This document shows, piece by piece, positions 23,120-35,900 of a DNA stretch of 64,000 nt. Source of the stretch: Cetorhinus maximus. Taxonomy: Eukaryota. Numbering within the stretch: position 1 is the first letter of the stretch; every line of letters begins with the position of its first letter. The translations under genes and the position numbers were made by a program. The notes beneath the pieces are model-generated. The model had not been told where the DNA came from. It searched no databases and was given only the letters and a program-made list of their open reading frames with translations. The DNA lies in the NCBI RefSeq assembly GCF_964194155.1, contig NC_135882.1, positions 135,470,001-135,534,000 on the forward strand. Direction: 5' to 3'.

Positions 23120-25340
23120 CAGCATCCTTGTGCCAAAGCCTCCTTTTTGCATCCCACTTCCCCCTCATCCTACCATCACTTCTGCGTTAAAAGTTATAGA
23201 TAGAGTAAGCATACAAAGCTTGCTTCTCTCCACTCCTCACCACAACCCTACCCTTATGTCTTTATCCTTCCAGATATCCGACAACTGCCACCTGGCCAGG
23301 TAGTGGTGGAGCAGCAACAAGTAGAAGAGCAACAAGACATTGATGATGATGAAGAAACACCATCACTTGGTTTAATACTGGCAGCCATCAGCTCAAATAC
23401 TGGCACTAGAGTAATGGTGTAATTAGAGAATAGCTTAGAGGCAAAATATCCATGTGGTGAGACACCAGGCAGAAGTGTCCTGCAGCCAGGGTAGGGAGCA
23501 AGGAAAGCATGGGCGCCAGCTCGCTGGAGGGTGAGGTCGCACACGAGTTCTGCTGCAGAGAACTTAGATGAAGGCTTCTATGAGGTAGGTTACAGAAGAA
23601 GGCTAATGGGTTTGCACACTGAAATGTTTATGCATTGGCAGGCCTTCCACAAATGCTGTGTGCAATGTCAAGAAGGAGGAGCTTGCACCAATCTGGCACA
23701 AAGCTTTGCTTAGAGCTTGAAGCCCATCATTTCCAATGTGGAAATGGTGGCCAACTCCACTAGCAGACTTGTCAACTCAGCCATGCAGCAGCATCTGGTG
23801 GCTGATGTTGCAGCTCCTATTGCAGCACAAGGAGAAGCAAGCTGATATTTGAGTGCTGCAGTGGGAGCTCAGATTGCTTACATGGAAGGTCAGCTTGCTG
23901 CCATGTAAATTCAGACTGCTGCCATCATGGCTGTGGATCACTGTATATGAAATGGTTTGCAGTGTGATGGTCTATGTGCTTTCGGGTAGAAAACAGACTT
24001 CATTTTGTGTTGGTGATGGTCTCTTTAAGGACTAGCTTTCTCTAGGATATGGTTTCTGGTAAAGCACTTTGCTTCCAGTAAATGATCATGTGACCAAGTT
24101 GCCCAGGGGATAAACAATAGAAAAAAGGGTCAACATGTTAATTATAGGGGGAGTAGATTGTATGGTACTGTGTTCAAACAGGTTAGTTTTGAGTTTGAGT
24201 TTAGAACAAGCTGGCTACAAGGAACATTTCTTTCAGTAAAATTCAGCTGAAATTCTATGTGTTGGCTACAAGAGTAAAAAGTCATATTAACTGAGGGACT
24301 CTATTAACAGTGAGTTGAATTTCTGGGATAGCCAAGCTGATAAGAAAGAGAGAGCTTTAGATACATGACTCCAGAGAGTTATAGAATATTAGAATCAGGG
24401 GAGTTCTGAATTAAGGTGGCTGTGCTTAAGATGCTAAAGATGTATGTTGAATAGGGAGTTTGCAACTATAGAGCAGTTGAAGGAAATTTGAAGAGACAAA
24501 GTCACTGGAAATAAGCAGAATGCCCAAGAAATCTCAGCCTTTATATGAAACTTTGAAACAGTACTCAGACCAAGTGATTAATCTTCCAATTTCTGATAAG
24601 TATCTGACTTGAGCTTATTAGGGGTATAAGTCAAATAAGTGTAAAAGGAAAGTGGAGTTAAGATGTTTGATTTAGAGTGGAAGTAACTGTGTTTATTATA
24701 CTTTTAATTTTTTTTACCATAACTGGATATTTAAGATGGAGCAGTTAGTAGTTAGTTAGTAGTATTAATGGTGTTTGATTTTTGGATAGTAAGACTCTTT
24801 TGATTTAAACAGTGAACCTTGTGGCTTCATTCTTTTAGTAAACTCCTGGGTTTTTGGATTCTAAAAAACAACTACCACTTTACTGGTCTCTACTAAGGTC
24901 CAACAATCTGTCCTCCAACAGATCACTAGGATGCTAAGGCACCATCTCAGTGGCAGTGGCTCCATGAAGCATAAATCTGCTGTCCTTCTTCAGGAGGACA
25001 GCATCACAGTATTGGTCCTACAAGCCTGGCCTATCTGCCAGTGCCCTTGCTATTCACCAGTCAGGACTGACTGCTGCTGCCCATACCAAGATGCTAGAAT
25101 CTACAGCCACATCTTCTAGGCTGTCCTACAAGGCCATCTGCAGGCTTCTCTACTGAAAGTCAGCAACCTTCCACCAACCATGCTCTAACCACAGGGGTAG
25201 CACTCTGGAGGAGCACTAGACCAGGAAGGCAGGCACTAAAGGAATGCATAAGGGTGAGTAGTTTATGTTTATATGCAAAATGGCATGATTTGATTTATAG
25301 CTTTGGTTTGGAATGGTTATTTTGCAGTGGCTTTTATTTG
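23120..25340 (+). mobile_element. Degenerate spliced-gene-like repeat, probably the Myb/SANT-type second gene of a Harbinger transposon, split by an LTR-like insertion
   Basis: Acceptor ttccag (~23273) followed by the acidic stretch DIRQLPPGQVVVEQQQVEEQQDIDDDEETPSL with stops and frameshifts. The sequence resumes at ~24906. Family assignment is from recollection only. Confidence 0.4.
23963..24905 (+). mobile_element. Probable solo LTR (~0.94 kb)
   Basis: AT-rich block from TG to CA that interrupts the flanking GC-richer repeat. No clear TSD. Confidence 0.55.
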
Positions 25341-25344
25341 TACC

Positions 25345-25918
25345 AAGAAGATGCTGAGATGCATCATCTCCTGACTCCCCAAAGCCTGTCCACCATCTAC
25401 AAGGCACAAGTCAGGAGTGTGACGGAATGCCCTCCACTTGCCTGGATGAGCGCAACTCCAACAGCACTCAAGAAGCTTGACACCATCCAAGACAAAGCAG
25501 CCCACTTGATTGACACCCCATCTACCACCTTAAACGTTCACTCCCTCCAAAACTGACGCACAATAGCAGCAGTGTGTACCATCCAGTTGTGCACTGCAGC
25601 AACTCACCAAGGCTCCTTCAACAGGATCTTTCAAACCTCTATTACTTAGAAAGGCAAGGGCAGCAGACACATGGGAACACTACCACCTGCAAGTTCCCCT
25701 CCAAGCCACACACTATCCTGACTTGGAACTATATTGCCATTCCTTCATGGTCAAAGTCCTGAAACTCCCTCCCTAACAGCACTGTGGGTGTACCTACACC
25801 ACAGGGTCCTCAACAGTTCAAGAAGGCAGCTCACACCATTTCTCATGTGCAATTAGGGATAGACAATAAATGTTGGCCTTGTTAATGGCACTCACATCCC
25901 ATGAAAGGATTGAAAAAA
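25345..25918 (+). mobile_element. CR1/L2-group LINE ('SAAPTTLKKLD' family) 3' fragment
   Basis: HLLTPQSLSTIYKAQVRS..PLAWMSATPT.LKKLDTIQDKAA with the 3' tail caattagggat...catcccatgaa. Confidence 0.85.
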
Positions 25919-26399
25919 ACACATACATTCACACACATGCGAACAGCTGTAATTTATAAGCCCCAAGTGCTGCTCTTATTAGAATTATATCACTTCCCCT
26001 GGTTTAATTTGTGGAAATGACATCATCCGTCTGACTCACCAACAAGGTGCGATGCTTTTTTCCCTGCTTTTAAATAAAACACAAAGACAGGTGACAGCTT
26101 TCAAACCATGCCCCAAACTTGAGGTAGTAGAACAGGGGCGGTTGGGGGGGGGTTGGGGTCACATCAAGGTCACTGCAGACCATTCCTGCTGGGAGACAGT
26201 GACAGACAGGGCAGGAAATATAACATGGACTTACATAATATGAAAATATATTACCCAAATTCGGCAGCCAACTCTCCACACCCACTTCTAGAACCTATTT
26301 TTACAAAGTATCAAACAACAAGGCCTTAGATGGAATTGAACATCAGGACGAAAATTTAAAGTTTGAAGCTTTCAAGGACTCAGGTCCAATGTAAATAAA

Positions 26400-26830
26400 A
26401 ATAAATTTATGGCACCTTTCATGACTTCAGGACACCCCAAAGCGATTAACAAACAATAAATTACTTTCTGAAGTCACTGTAGTAATGTAAGAAATGCAGC
26501 AGCCAATTTTCACTCAATGAAGTTCCACAAACAGCAATGAGGTAATGATCAGATAATCTGTTTTCAGTGATGCTGGTTGAGGGATAAATACTGACTAGGA
26601 TTCCCTGTTTCTCTTCAAAATAGTACCATAGGATCTTTTGTGTCTGCCACCCCCAGGGAGGGCAGATGGGTCCTCAGTTTAACATCTCATTGTGAAGGTG
26701 GCAACCAAGAGAGTGCAGCACTCCCTCAGTACTGTACTGAAGTGTCAGTCTATATTATGTGCTCACATCACTTGATTGTGGCTGGAACGCATGAATTTCA
26801 GGTTCAGCAGGGAAGGGTGCCAACACTGGC
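26400..26830 (-). mobile_element. Deu-domain SINE
   Basis: Colinear with 22683-23112. Confidence 0.75.
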
Positions 26831-27329
26831 TCACCAACAACAGCGGTGATGAGTGCACAGGACATGCTGTAGGATCGGATATCTGCTGCAGAGTTTTGAA
26901 TGAACTGAAGATTAAGGAACCTGGAGGATAGGAAACCGGACAGGGGAGTGCTAGCGTATTGGAGAGTGGGTGTAACAAAGACATGTTTGACAATTTTGGC
27001 AGCAAATGTGCTGAGGCAGGGACAATAGCAGACATGGTTGCAAAGATCATTGTGATGGACGGAGAATGGACCAGGAGCTCAGCTGGGATTCAAATAGAGC
27101 ACTGAGGCTCAGGACAGTCTGATTTGATCAAGGATAGCCATCAAGAAATGGAATGGCATCAATGGTAAGAGTACAGAATGGATGGTGGGAGCTGAAGATG
27201 ATGTCTACCCAACTGGAGGAATTTGTGACACAACTAAGACTGGGCAGTCTGGCAAAATACAGAGTCAGTGAGGTCATTGAGATAAATAGCACAGGGTGTC
27301 ACCGGTGGACATTTGGAAGATGATACCAT

Positions 27330-27940
27330 GGCCAGAATTGCATTTGCGCCCCCTCCCCCAAGTCTCTGGGATGCTGGCAAGTGGGGGCTTGCGTAAAATC
27401 TGTTGGGATTGTGGGATTCCCATTGCCTTCCTACCTCCGCTGATATTTTACCAGTGGTGGGGTAAATGGTGGCTTTCCCACCTGTCCTTGGACCAACTAA
27501 GGCCCTTAAGTGGCCAATTAATGGCTACAAAGGGCCACTTCCCTCCACCGCTGGAACTTTACTGGTGGCAGAGGCAGCCCATGCCATGTGACAAGGGTAC
27601 CATGGCTCTGGAAGGGTCCCTCATGATTGGACGCTCTTTGCCCCACGTAGGGTCACCCCAGAGACAAGGGCCACCATTGCTGTAAAATTACCTCCCCGGG
27701 CCTCTCTATCCAACAGAGACAGGAGCCTTCCTGACTGACCCTGGTGAGCCCGCCCCACTTACCTGCACATTGGGACTCCATTGATATTCAAGGACTGCAG
27801 TCCCAGCATTGGCGACCACTCCCCATGGTGTTCTGGGACCAAAGACCAACCATTAATTTTCTGAACACAGCAAAGTAGTATCATGGCTTCCAGGTCCAGC
27901 AGAGGCGGACCTGACTTTGCAGCCAGTGGGTGGGGCCACC
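27330..27940. mobile_element. Harbinger-type MITE, right end lost
   Basis: Terminus ggccagaattg; interior ggcccttaagtggccaattaatggc as in the other MITEs. Confidence 0.6.
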
Positions 27941-28900
27941 ACGTCTGTTTCTCCATCTCAGAATATCCCCTCTCCGCATCTGTCAGAGACCTGCTCATAT
28001 GGGCAATGATTCTCGGGCCTTCAGCATGCATTTGCTCCAGAGCTGCTCCTAGTTCTCTCTAGACTAGCTTCTGCTATGATTTTCAGTGGGGCATTTGGAT
28101 CATAGTATACCATGGTCTGAGCACCAATCAAGCTGTTTTTCAAAGCTTTGAAGGAAGCTTCCTGTTCTTCATCAAATCTGAACCATGCATTCTTTCTTTT
28201 CAGTGGATCAGCCAGGATAACAAAGTAGCTCACAAGTCACAGAAAACCTCTCACTTCGCTTGCATTTTGTGGGCACATGTGCCTCTGCTATTGCTTCAAT
28301 TTTGTCTTTGGTTGGATTGATTCCTCTGCTCGGGAGTTTATGCCCCATGAACGTGAACTTTGTCATGCCCAGCAAGCACTTGTCTGCATTTACCCTAAGT
28401 CCTGCTGACTGCAATCTAACCAATATAAATCTCAGCCTCTCGCTAGGTTCCCCTCTCTATTGGTTCCATGAATAATGATATCACCTGAGATATTAGCTAT
28501 TCCTGAGATCCTTTGTATCATGTTGTAGAATTGGTGTTGGTAAATCTCTGGTTGCTGCATTGATGCCAGATAGCAAACTCTTGTATCAGTAAAGTCCACA
28601 ATGAGTGACAAAAGTTGTCATCTTCCTTGAATCCAGCTGGTGGTATCCTCACTTTAAGTCTAATTTGGAGAATACCTTGCTTGTTGACAGCTCTTGAAAG
28701 ACTTTGTCCACAGTGGGAATTGGGTGACGTTCTCTCACATGCTTCATTCACACGATACAGATCAACACAGGGTCTGCTGTCACCATCCAGTTTAGGCACG
28801 ACAACAGGGCTCACCCATGGTGTTGGTCCTTCAACTGGCTCTAGGATGTCTTGGTTGATCAATTCCTCGATCTTTGCCTCAATCTTCCCTCTCAGACCAT
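27940..28900 (-). pseudogene. Gypsy pol fragment (RT-RNase H), third family
   Basis: GPTPWVSPVVVPK..CVDL, RLQSAGLRVNADKC, VYYDP, SRSLTDAERGYS. Confidence 0.85.
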
Positions 28901-29528
28901 GTTAATAAGCTTGTTATTAATCTTTCCCCCCTTTCTGCCAGGTCAGGTCGCACCAGAAAACAGGTGTAGGCTGAACTACAGGTTTCACATATTCTTCTGA
29001 TGAAGAGTCATATGGACTCAAAACATTAACTGTGTTCCTCCCCGCAGATGCTGTCAGACCTGCTGAGTTTTTCCAGCTATTTATGTTTTTTTTACAGGTT
29101 TCACATTCTCGTCAATGGTTAACCTCGCACTCTAAGCTTCACATAGGATTTCACACAATTCACTTTCAAGCTGATGTGTGGCACGCCCAACACTTGGGCA
29201 GTTTCTCTACTCAGAGGAGGCTCATCATCCTCCTCAATCACTACAAATTCTGTCTCTACATTCCGATCCCCGGCTCTCATGGTGGTGAAGGGCAGGCACT
29301 GGGGACAGGAGCTACGCGGTCAAGTGGGGTCACATTAGGACTAAAGCAGGAGGAAATGTGGGGAGTGGCCGGGGCCCAAAGAGAGTAGAGACCGGGAGAA
29401 TGAATGCCGCGTTCACCATGTTAGACAAATAGTGACAAAACTTGCACAGATTCAGACACATTCTGGTGCGACCTGGCAGAAACGGGGGAAAGAGTCATAG
29501 CTTATAGCAATACAAGTTTATAAACATG
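28898..29528. mobile_element. Unclassified non-autonomous element with ~60-bp imperfect TIRs
   Basis: 28898-28958 (catgttaataagcttgt..tctttccccc.tttctgccaggtc..gcaccagaa) is the reverse complement of 29461-29528. Confidence 0.7.
28991..29092 (+). mobile_element. Short Penelope 3'-end copy with hammerhead motif
   Basis: 14-bp TSD tacaggtttcacat (28977-28990 / 29093-29106); CTGATGA-A-GAGTC-atatg-GACTC core. Confidence 0.85.
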
Positions 29529-29981
29529 AAAATATATTGAGGTGTTTACGGAGAAGAAACTTGGCAAGGAATTTGCAACTGGACAGGAAATGGGGCTGGC
29601 AGGGTTTAAATGAGACCTGGACCAGCAACAGCAGCAACTGAGTTTAAACTACCCTGCCCTTAAAACCGGGGCCTATCTCTTTTTGTGCTCCTATTACATT
29701 TCCAATTTATAAACTGCACTTAAACGTGGGAAGTCTATTGAAGTCAGAGAAAAGTTTCTAAAAGATTTTGGCAAGCAGGAAAGATAGTAACAAAGCAGAG
29801 GTACCTAGGAAGGAAGTCCCAGAGGGAAGGGAAGTCAGTTGTAAGATGCCAAACAGAAAGTGAAGTCCAACACTCTTGACTCGTCTTGGACTTGGTCTGA
29901 CAAGAAGAGAATATCAGACTTTTGCAGAGCCTCACAGTGAATATTCTTGTCAATGGAAGTGGTCTCATAAAATGCCAATTC

Positions 29982-29999
29982 TGGCCACAAGGTGGCAGA
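29982..29999 (+). promoter_or_regulatory. Candidate CTCF-binding motif
   Basis: tggCCACAAGGTGGCAGa in non-repetitive sequence. Confidence 0.55.
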
Positions 30000-30254
30000 A
30001 GCTTCACACAGAAAAGCTTTTGCTGCTTGGAGAGAACAGGTGCAGCGAACTGGACGTTCAGGCAGAATCAACCTATTCTGTTGCTACTCACTTGCTTGGT
30101 GCAAAACTGTTGACAGAACCCATTAGCAAGCATCCCAGGCTTTGTGAGATTTTAAGCATGTGTTTGTAATACTCACTTTACCCGAGGCATTTACTGTATT
30201 CAGGCAGAGAGAAAAAGAATTGAAAATAGAGTAATAGATCTGAGCTTGTTTGGC

Positions 30255-30975
30255 ATTTAGAATCAAGAGAATCAAAGAAAAGTTACGGCACAGAAAGAGG
30301 CCATTCAGCCCATCATGTCTGTGCTGGCTGAAAAAAAAACATAGCCGCCCATTCTAATCCCACCTTCCAGCACCTGATCCATAGCTTTGCAGGTTACAGC
30401 GCTTCAGGAACAGGTCCAGATACTTTTTACCAAACCAGACAGCGAATTCAAGACACCCACCACCATCTGGGTGAAGAAGTTTTTCCTCATGTGCCCTTTA
30501 CTCCTTCTACCAATGACCTTAAATCTGTACCCCCAGTAATTGACCTCTCCGCTCGGAGAAACAGAGCATTCCTGTCTACTCTATCTAGACCCCACCCCTC
30601 AGCTTCCTTTGTTCTAAAGAAAACAACCCTGGCCTATCCAATCTTTCCTCATAGCTGCAATTTTCGAGCCCTGACAATATCCTTGTAAATCTCCTCTGCA
30701 CTCTTTCCAGAGCAATTATGTCCTTCCTGTTATGTGGTGACCAGAACGGTACACAAAATTCCAGCTGTGGCCTAACCAGTGTTTTATACAGTTACATCAT
30801 CCCTGCTTTTGTATTATATACCACATCCAATAAAAGAAAGCATTCCATATACCTTCTTTACCACCTTATTCACCTGTACTGCCATCTTCAGGGCCTGTGG
30901 GCATGCACACCAAGGTGTCTCACTTCCTGTACCCCTCCCAATATCCTCCCGTTTATTGTGTATTCCCTAGCATTC
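30255..30975 (-). mobile_element. CR1 LINE 3' fragment
   Basis: Tail aggccattcagcccatc; antisense of the RT C-terminus (ctcctctgcactct, tgtggtgaccagaac..acacaa). Confidence 0.85.
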
Positions 30976-31544
30976 CTTTGTATTCCCTATTTGGTATGTT
31001 ATCCTGGAAACTCAAGAAAAAAACCTCTTTACTACCCACCCTTGCCCCACACTCTCTCTCATCCAACCCTGAATATAGTGCCTTATGTTGAGATGAGGTT
31101 CTGTGGTCAAGGCGCATCTCATCTGAGGTGAGGTAGTGGGCGTCAGCAGATGAGTTTAGGAGGGTCATTGAAGCAGACAGCAGTCCTTTTCTCACCCAAC
31201 ATCATCAGTTTCCCATTTGGAGTTCAAAGGATAGTGACCTTGAATAAAACCCTGACTGATTTTCCAATCCTGAAGCCACTGAGACTAGTTGCTACATCCC
31301 TAGCAATGACTTGGCTGAGATCAGATAGCTTAGCACAGACCAGGGGTCAAGCCCAAGGGTTTCCTCTTCTGTTTCATTCAGATGTAGAAGAGAAGTCTTG
31401 ATTTCTTTTTAGAAGGAATTGCGACGCTGAGACTTCTTAATGGACAAGGTCCTGATGATGACAATGCCTTAGAGGATCTTAACAAAGTATCTTCATTTAG
31501 TCTCTCTCCTGATATGGAATTCTGATTGAATTACCTCATTGGCA

Positions 31545-31835
31545 CAGTCTCAGGATAAGGGGCTTATCGTTTAGGGCTGAGAGGAGGAGAAATTTCTTCA
31601 CTTAAAGGGTTGTGAATCCTTGAAATTTTCTATCTCAGATGTTTGCAGAACTTCCTCCATTGAATTTATTTAAGGCTGAGATAGGCAGATATTTGGTCGC
31701 CTGGGGAGACAAGGGATATGGGGACTGGGCAGAAAAATGGAGCTGAAGTCCAAGATCAGCCAGGATCATATTGTATGATGGAGCAGACTCGATGGGCCGT
31801 AGGGTACACTCCTGCTCCTATCTCTTATGTTCTTG
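31545..31835 (+). mobile_element. CR1 LINE 3' fragment
   Basis: Homologous to 270-600. Confidence 0.75.
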
Positions 31836-31889
31836 TGTTCCGGAGTATTCTGGGTACTAGGATTCTCTTTCAATGGATGGAAGAAGAAA

Positions 31890-32297
31890 ACTTGCACTTA
31901 AATAGCCCCTTTCCTGACCTCAGCACATTACAACCAATGATGTACTTTTGAAATGAAGGCATTATTGTAATGTAGGAAATAAATCAGTAAGTTTGTGCTC
32001 AGCAAGCTACACAAAAGATAATGTGATAATAGCCAGATGACCTGCTTTTAGAGATGCTCGTTGAGGGATAAATCTTGTCGAAGAATTCCCCTGCCTTTCT
32101 TCAAAATAGTGCCAATTGGTCTTTTACAACCAATTGATAGGGTGGATGGAACCTCACCCTAACAATGCATCGAAAAGGCAGCAGCTTTGACAGTGCTGCA
32201 CTCCCTCAGTACTGCTTCTCAATATTGTGCTCAAGGGAAATTGAATCCACAACCTTCTGATTCAGAAGTGAGAGTGCTACCAACTGAGCTATAGCTG
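31890..32297 (-). mobile_element. Deu-domain SINE
   Basis: Colinear with 22683-23112, including the head (agtgctaccaactgagc). Confidence 0.75.
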
Positions 32298-32949
32298 ACA
32301 AAGGGGAGGTTGGATGCAAGCAAGGGAGCTTGCTGCTTGATCTGTGACATTGCTAAATTGAAAGGCAGGACACCTGTAATGTGCTCAGAGAATGACTTCA
32401 AGTGTCCGTTTAACCCCACATACAACCTGACCTAACCATAACATTCCCATCAAGCACATCACTTCCCATTCACACTCAATATGTCAACTGCAGCGTCCAG
32501 GAAAAACATCCCTCGATGTATAATCCTGCTCCAAGGATAACATTTTTCCCAATTAGTCCTGTTCCATGGTCCCGGTGCACTCAACAGCATCAGTTCATGG
32601 CCTGAAGTCAGTTAAAGTCAGCAGCAGCTGTGAGCTGACAAGCTTTTCAGCACATTAGCACCTTCCAGATAATTGTCAGCTTGGCTCACTCAGAACACTT
32701 TCACCCAGAGTCACAAAGTCTTAAGGTAGATGTAGAGAAGTTATTTCCTCTGGCAGGGGAAATCCAGAACAAAAGAGCATAATCTTAAAATTAGAACTGA
32801 ATAATTTCAGAGAGAATTGGGAAGCATTTACTCACATAAATGACAGTGCAAACTTGGAACTCTCTTCCTCCAAAGGCTGCGCACACTGGGTCAATTGGAG
32901 TTTCAGGACTGAGGTTGATAATTTTTTGTTACAAAGGGTATCAAGGATT

Positions 32950-33465
32950 TCTTTTATTCTTTCATGGGGTGTGGGCATCACTGGCTAGGCCAAGCATTTA
33001 TTGCCAATCCCTAATTGCCCTTGAACTGAGTGGCTTGCTTGGCCATTTCAGAGAGCAGTTATGAGTCAACCACATTGCTGTGGATCTGGAGTCACATGTA
33101 GTCCAGGCCAGATAAGGATGGCAGATTCCCTTCTCTAAAGGACATTAGTGAACCAGATGGGTTTTTTTACAAGGATGGTCATCATTACTGAGGCCAGTTG
33201 TATGTTTCAGAGTCATTAACTGAATTTAAATCCCACCAGCTGCCGTAGTGGGATTTGAACCCCTGTACCCAGAGCATTCCCCTAGACTTCTGGATTACTA
33301 GTTCAGTGACATTGCCACTATGGTCGGGATTTTCCGGCATCGTCATGGTGGGACCTGCCGCAGGAGATTCAGCAGCCCAGCCAAAAGTCCAATGATTTTC
33401 AGCGGGACCGGACGATCCCGGTGGTGGGCGGGGCCGGAGAATCCCTTCCTATGTCACCATCTCCC
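32950..33465 (-). mobile_element. tRNA-headed SINE made of the LINE head plus the LINE tail
   Basis: Head matches 38985-39298 and tail matches the 3' end at 36500-36560. Carries a mini-MITE. Confidence 0.8.
33322..33449. mobile_element. Tourist-like mini-MITE (family C)
   Basis: Homologous to 15488-15616; perfect TAT TSD. Confidence 0.88.
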
Positions 33466-33911
33466 TACAATTGCCCTTGAGAAAGTGGTGGTGAGCTGCC
33501 TTCTTGAACTGCTGCAATCCATGCGGTGTAGGTACACCCACAGTGCTGTTAGGAAGGGAGTTCTAGGATTTTGCCCCAGCGACAATGAAGGAACAACAAT
33601 ATGATTCCAAGTCAGGGTGGTGTGTGGCTTGGAGGGTAACTTGCAGGTGGTGATGTTCCCATGTGCCTGCTGCCCTTGTCCTTCTAGGCGGTAAAGGTCC
33701 CAGGTTTAGAAGGTGTTGTTGAAGTAGTCTTGGTGAGTTGCTGTAGTACACCTTGTAGATGGCACACACTGCTGCCACTGTGAGTGGTGGAGGGAGTGTA
33801 CGTTTAAGATGGAGCAAATGGAGTTGGAGCACATATCAGCCATAATCTACCTGAACTTTGGAACATGCACAAGGGGCTGAGTGGCTATACCTGAATGGCC
33901 ATGAATATCGA

Positions 33912-34599
33912 GAGCTGAATTTTAAAGGCCACCTGCAGGTGGAGCAACAGGTGGGTGGACCCGTAAACCCGGACAATGTGCCAACGGCGGCAAGACCACC
34001 ACCTGCCCCCAACCCCACCATAATTTTACAGGTGGTGGGAGAGGCATCGTGTGGGCTGCTGCCCATGGCCCATTTGAGGCCCTCAAGTGCCCAAATAAGG
34101 GCCTCATCCTGCCCACCACTTCAATTTAATGGGTAGCACAGAATGCATTCGCCCAGCATGTAGCCCATCAGGTTTAACCCTGTGAACGGTGGAGGGTGCC
34201 ACCATCCTGGGCCCCCTGTGCCAATTGGAGCCCCTCCTCCACGTGGTTTTGCCTCCCCGCATCCACCCTCCCTGCCTGCCTTGTCCAATATGTCTCCCCC
34301 ACCGACCTCACTGGGACCAGGCTCACAGGCCCCGGAGAGTTCCCAGCCTATTTGGGTTTGGGGGCATCCACAGTTTCTCTAAATCCCAGGCCTCCTACAA
34401 TACCGACAGTGGTCATTGATACTGGTGTAATGCAGAGCTGCCGGCCTCCGATTAACTGGCAACTCTACGAGGCACAACATCCTCCTGGAGACAGAGGAGA
34501 GTCCCGCCTCATACCAATTAAACAGCCATTGATGAATAATTAAAGCTGCCAAGCAGAGGGTGGGGTGTGGGGAGGCCACCCTCGGTGTATAATCAGCCC
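33912..34599. mobile_element. Harbinger-type MITE (older subfamily)
   Basis: gagctgaatttt ... ataatcagccc termini. Confidence 0.6.
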
Positions 34600-34654
34600 C
34601 CTGTTTCAGGCATCGCTGCTTTCGTTCCAAGGCATGAATCTTGCATCATTTGTG

Positions 34655-35900
34655 GCAGTAATATAGCAGCGGTCATGCATTCTTGAGAATAGAGACCTGG
34701 TGTATATTATAGAGAATAGTTCCTGCATATAATAGGGCAAATAACAGATCCTGTATATATTACAGAGAATCTTCTGTGTGCTTTGGATAATGACAGACCC
34801 TATGGGCTGAATTGTCATCCAGAAGTGGGGGTGAGTTTGAGGCGGGCATGCTGGAACTTTCTGCTACCAGCTGGTGTGCCAGTCTGTAGGAATGTTCCTT
34901 TCTCTGGCCTATTTTCTGAGAGCAGTCTTCAGGGATTGGCAGCTACCCACTAGTGGCCAATCAAAATGCCAATTAACGGCACTCTTCGCATGCCTTCTGG
35001 ATTTTCCACACTCGGACAGGCCCCCCCAAAAGTGGCTGGAACACTTAGGTGGCAGCCTCCTGGTGGCATGCCGGAGTGACGGGTCAGAGGTATGACCCGT
35101 AAGGCAGCTGAGCATGAAAGTGCGGGGCTCTGAGGGCCACAGCAAAGGCCACAGGCCATCCTGTGAAGAGACTCTCCCTCCGCAATGACGGCCACAGTAT
35201 GTTTTGTAGCATTTACGGCACCTTCACCTTGAGGTGCCCTCAGCGCCCCCACCTTCAAAGAGGGTGCCCACCTCTCCCAGTGGTGCTATCATCTTCCCAT
35301 AGCCTTTGTTCCTCCCATTGGCCTTCCTGGCTCTGAAGCTCGCCCGTCTTCCTTAATTGGACATGTCTTCCAGAGAGGGCTCCTCAAAAATCTTCTCCAG
35401 TGTCCTACCACGGCCACTTCTGGGTTCCTGACCCAGAATTCAGCTTGGCTTTGAGACCGGGCCCCCGGAAATAAAATTCAGCCCTACATATATTACGGAG
35501 AATAAGTGACCTGTATATGTTATAGAGAATAACAGATCAAGTGTATATTATAAAGATTAGCAGACCCTGTGTTTGTTATATAGAGAGTAACAGACCTTGT
35601 GTATATTATGGAGTTTAGCACACCCTATGTAAATTATAGCAATTAGCAGGTCCTGCATTTATTATAGAGAATAACATACCCTATATATATTATTGATAAT
35701 AGCAGATCCTATGCATGTTATAGTGAACAGCAGACTCTTTGTATATTGCAAAAATCAGAGGCCCTTCATATATTATCGAGGATAGCAGACCTTGTATGTA
35801 TAAAAGGGAATAGCTGACCCTGTGTACATTACTGAGAATAGCAAACTCTGTACATATTGCAGAGAACAGCAGACCATGTGTATATGTGAAGAAAAGCTGT
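34655..35900. repeat. Degenerate ~28-bp minisatellite split by a MITE
   Basis: Unit ~gagaatagcagaccctgtgtatattata, repeated at 34655-34803 and 35485-35900. Confidence 0.8.
34804..35484. mobile_element. Harbinger-type MITE
   Basis: TIR gggctgaatt / aattcagccc; TSD TAT/TAC. Confidence 0.8.

Noticed and set aside
23273-23425. Host exon encoding an acidic peptide
   Set aside because: In-frame stops and frameshifts downstream, no donor, and an LTR-like interruption. More likely a transposon-borne gene relic.
34655-35900. 28-bp periodic repeat as CRISPR or a coding repeat
   Set aside because: No spacers, degenerate units and stops in all frames.
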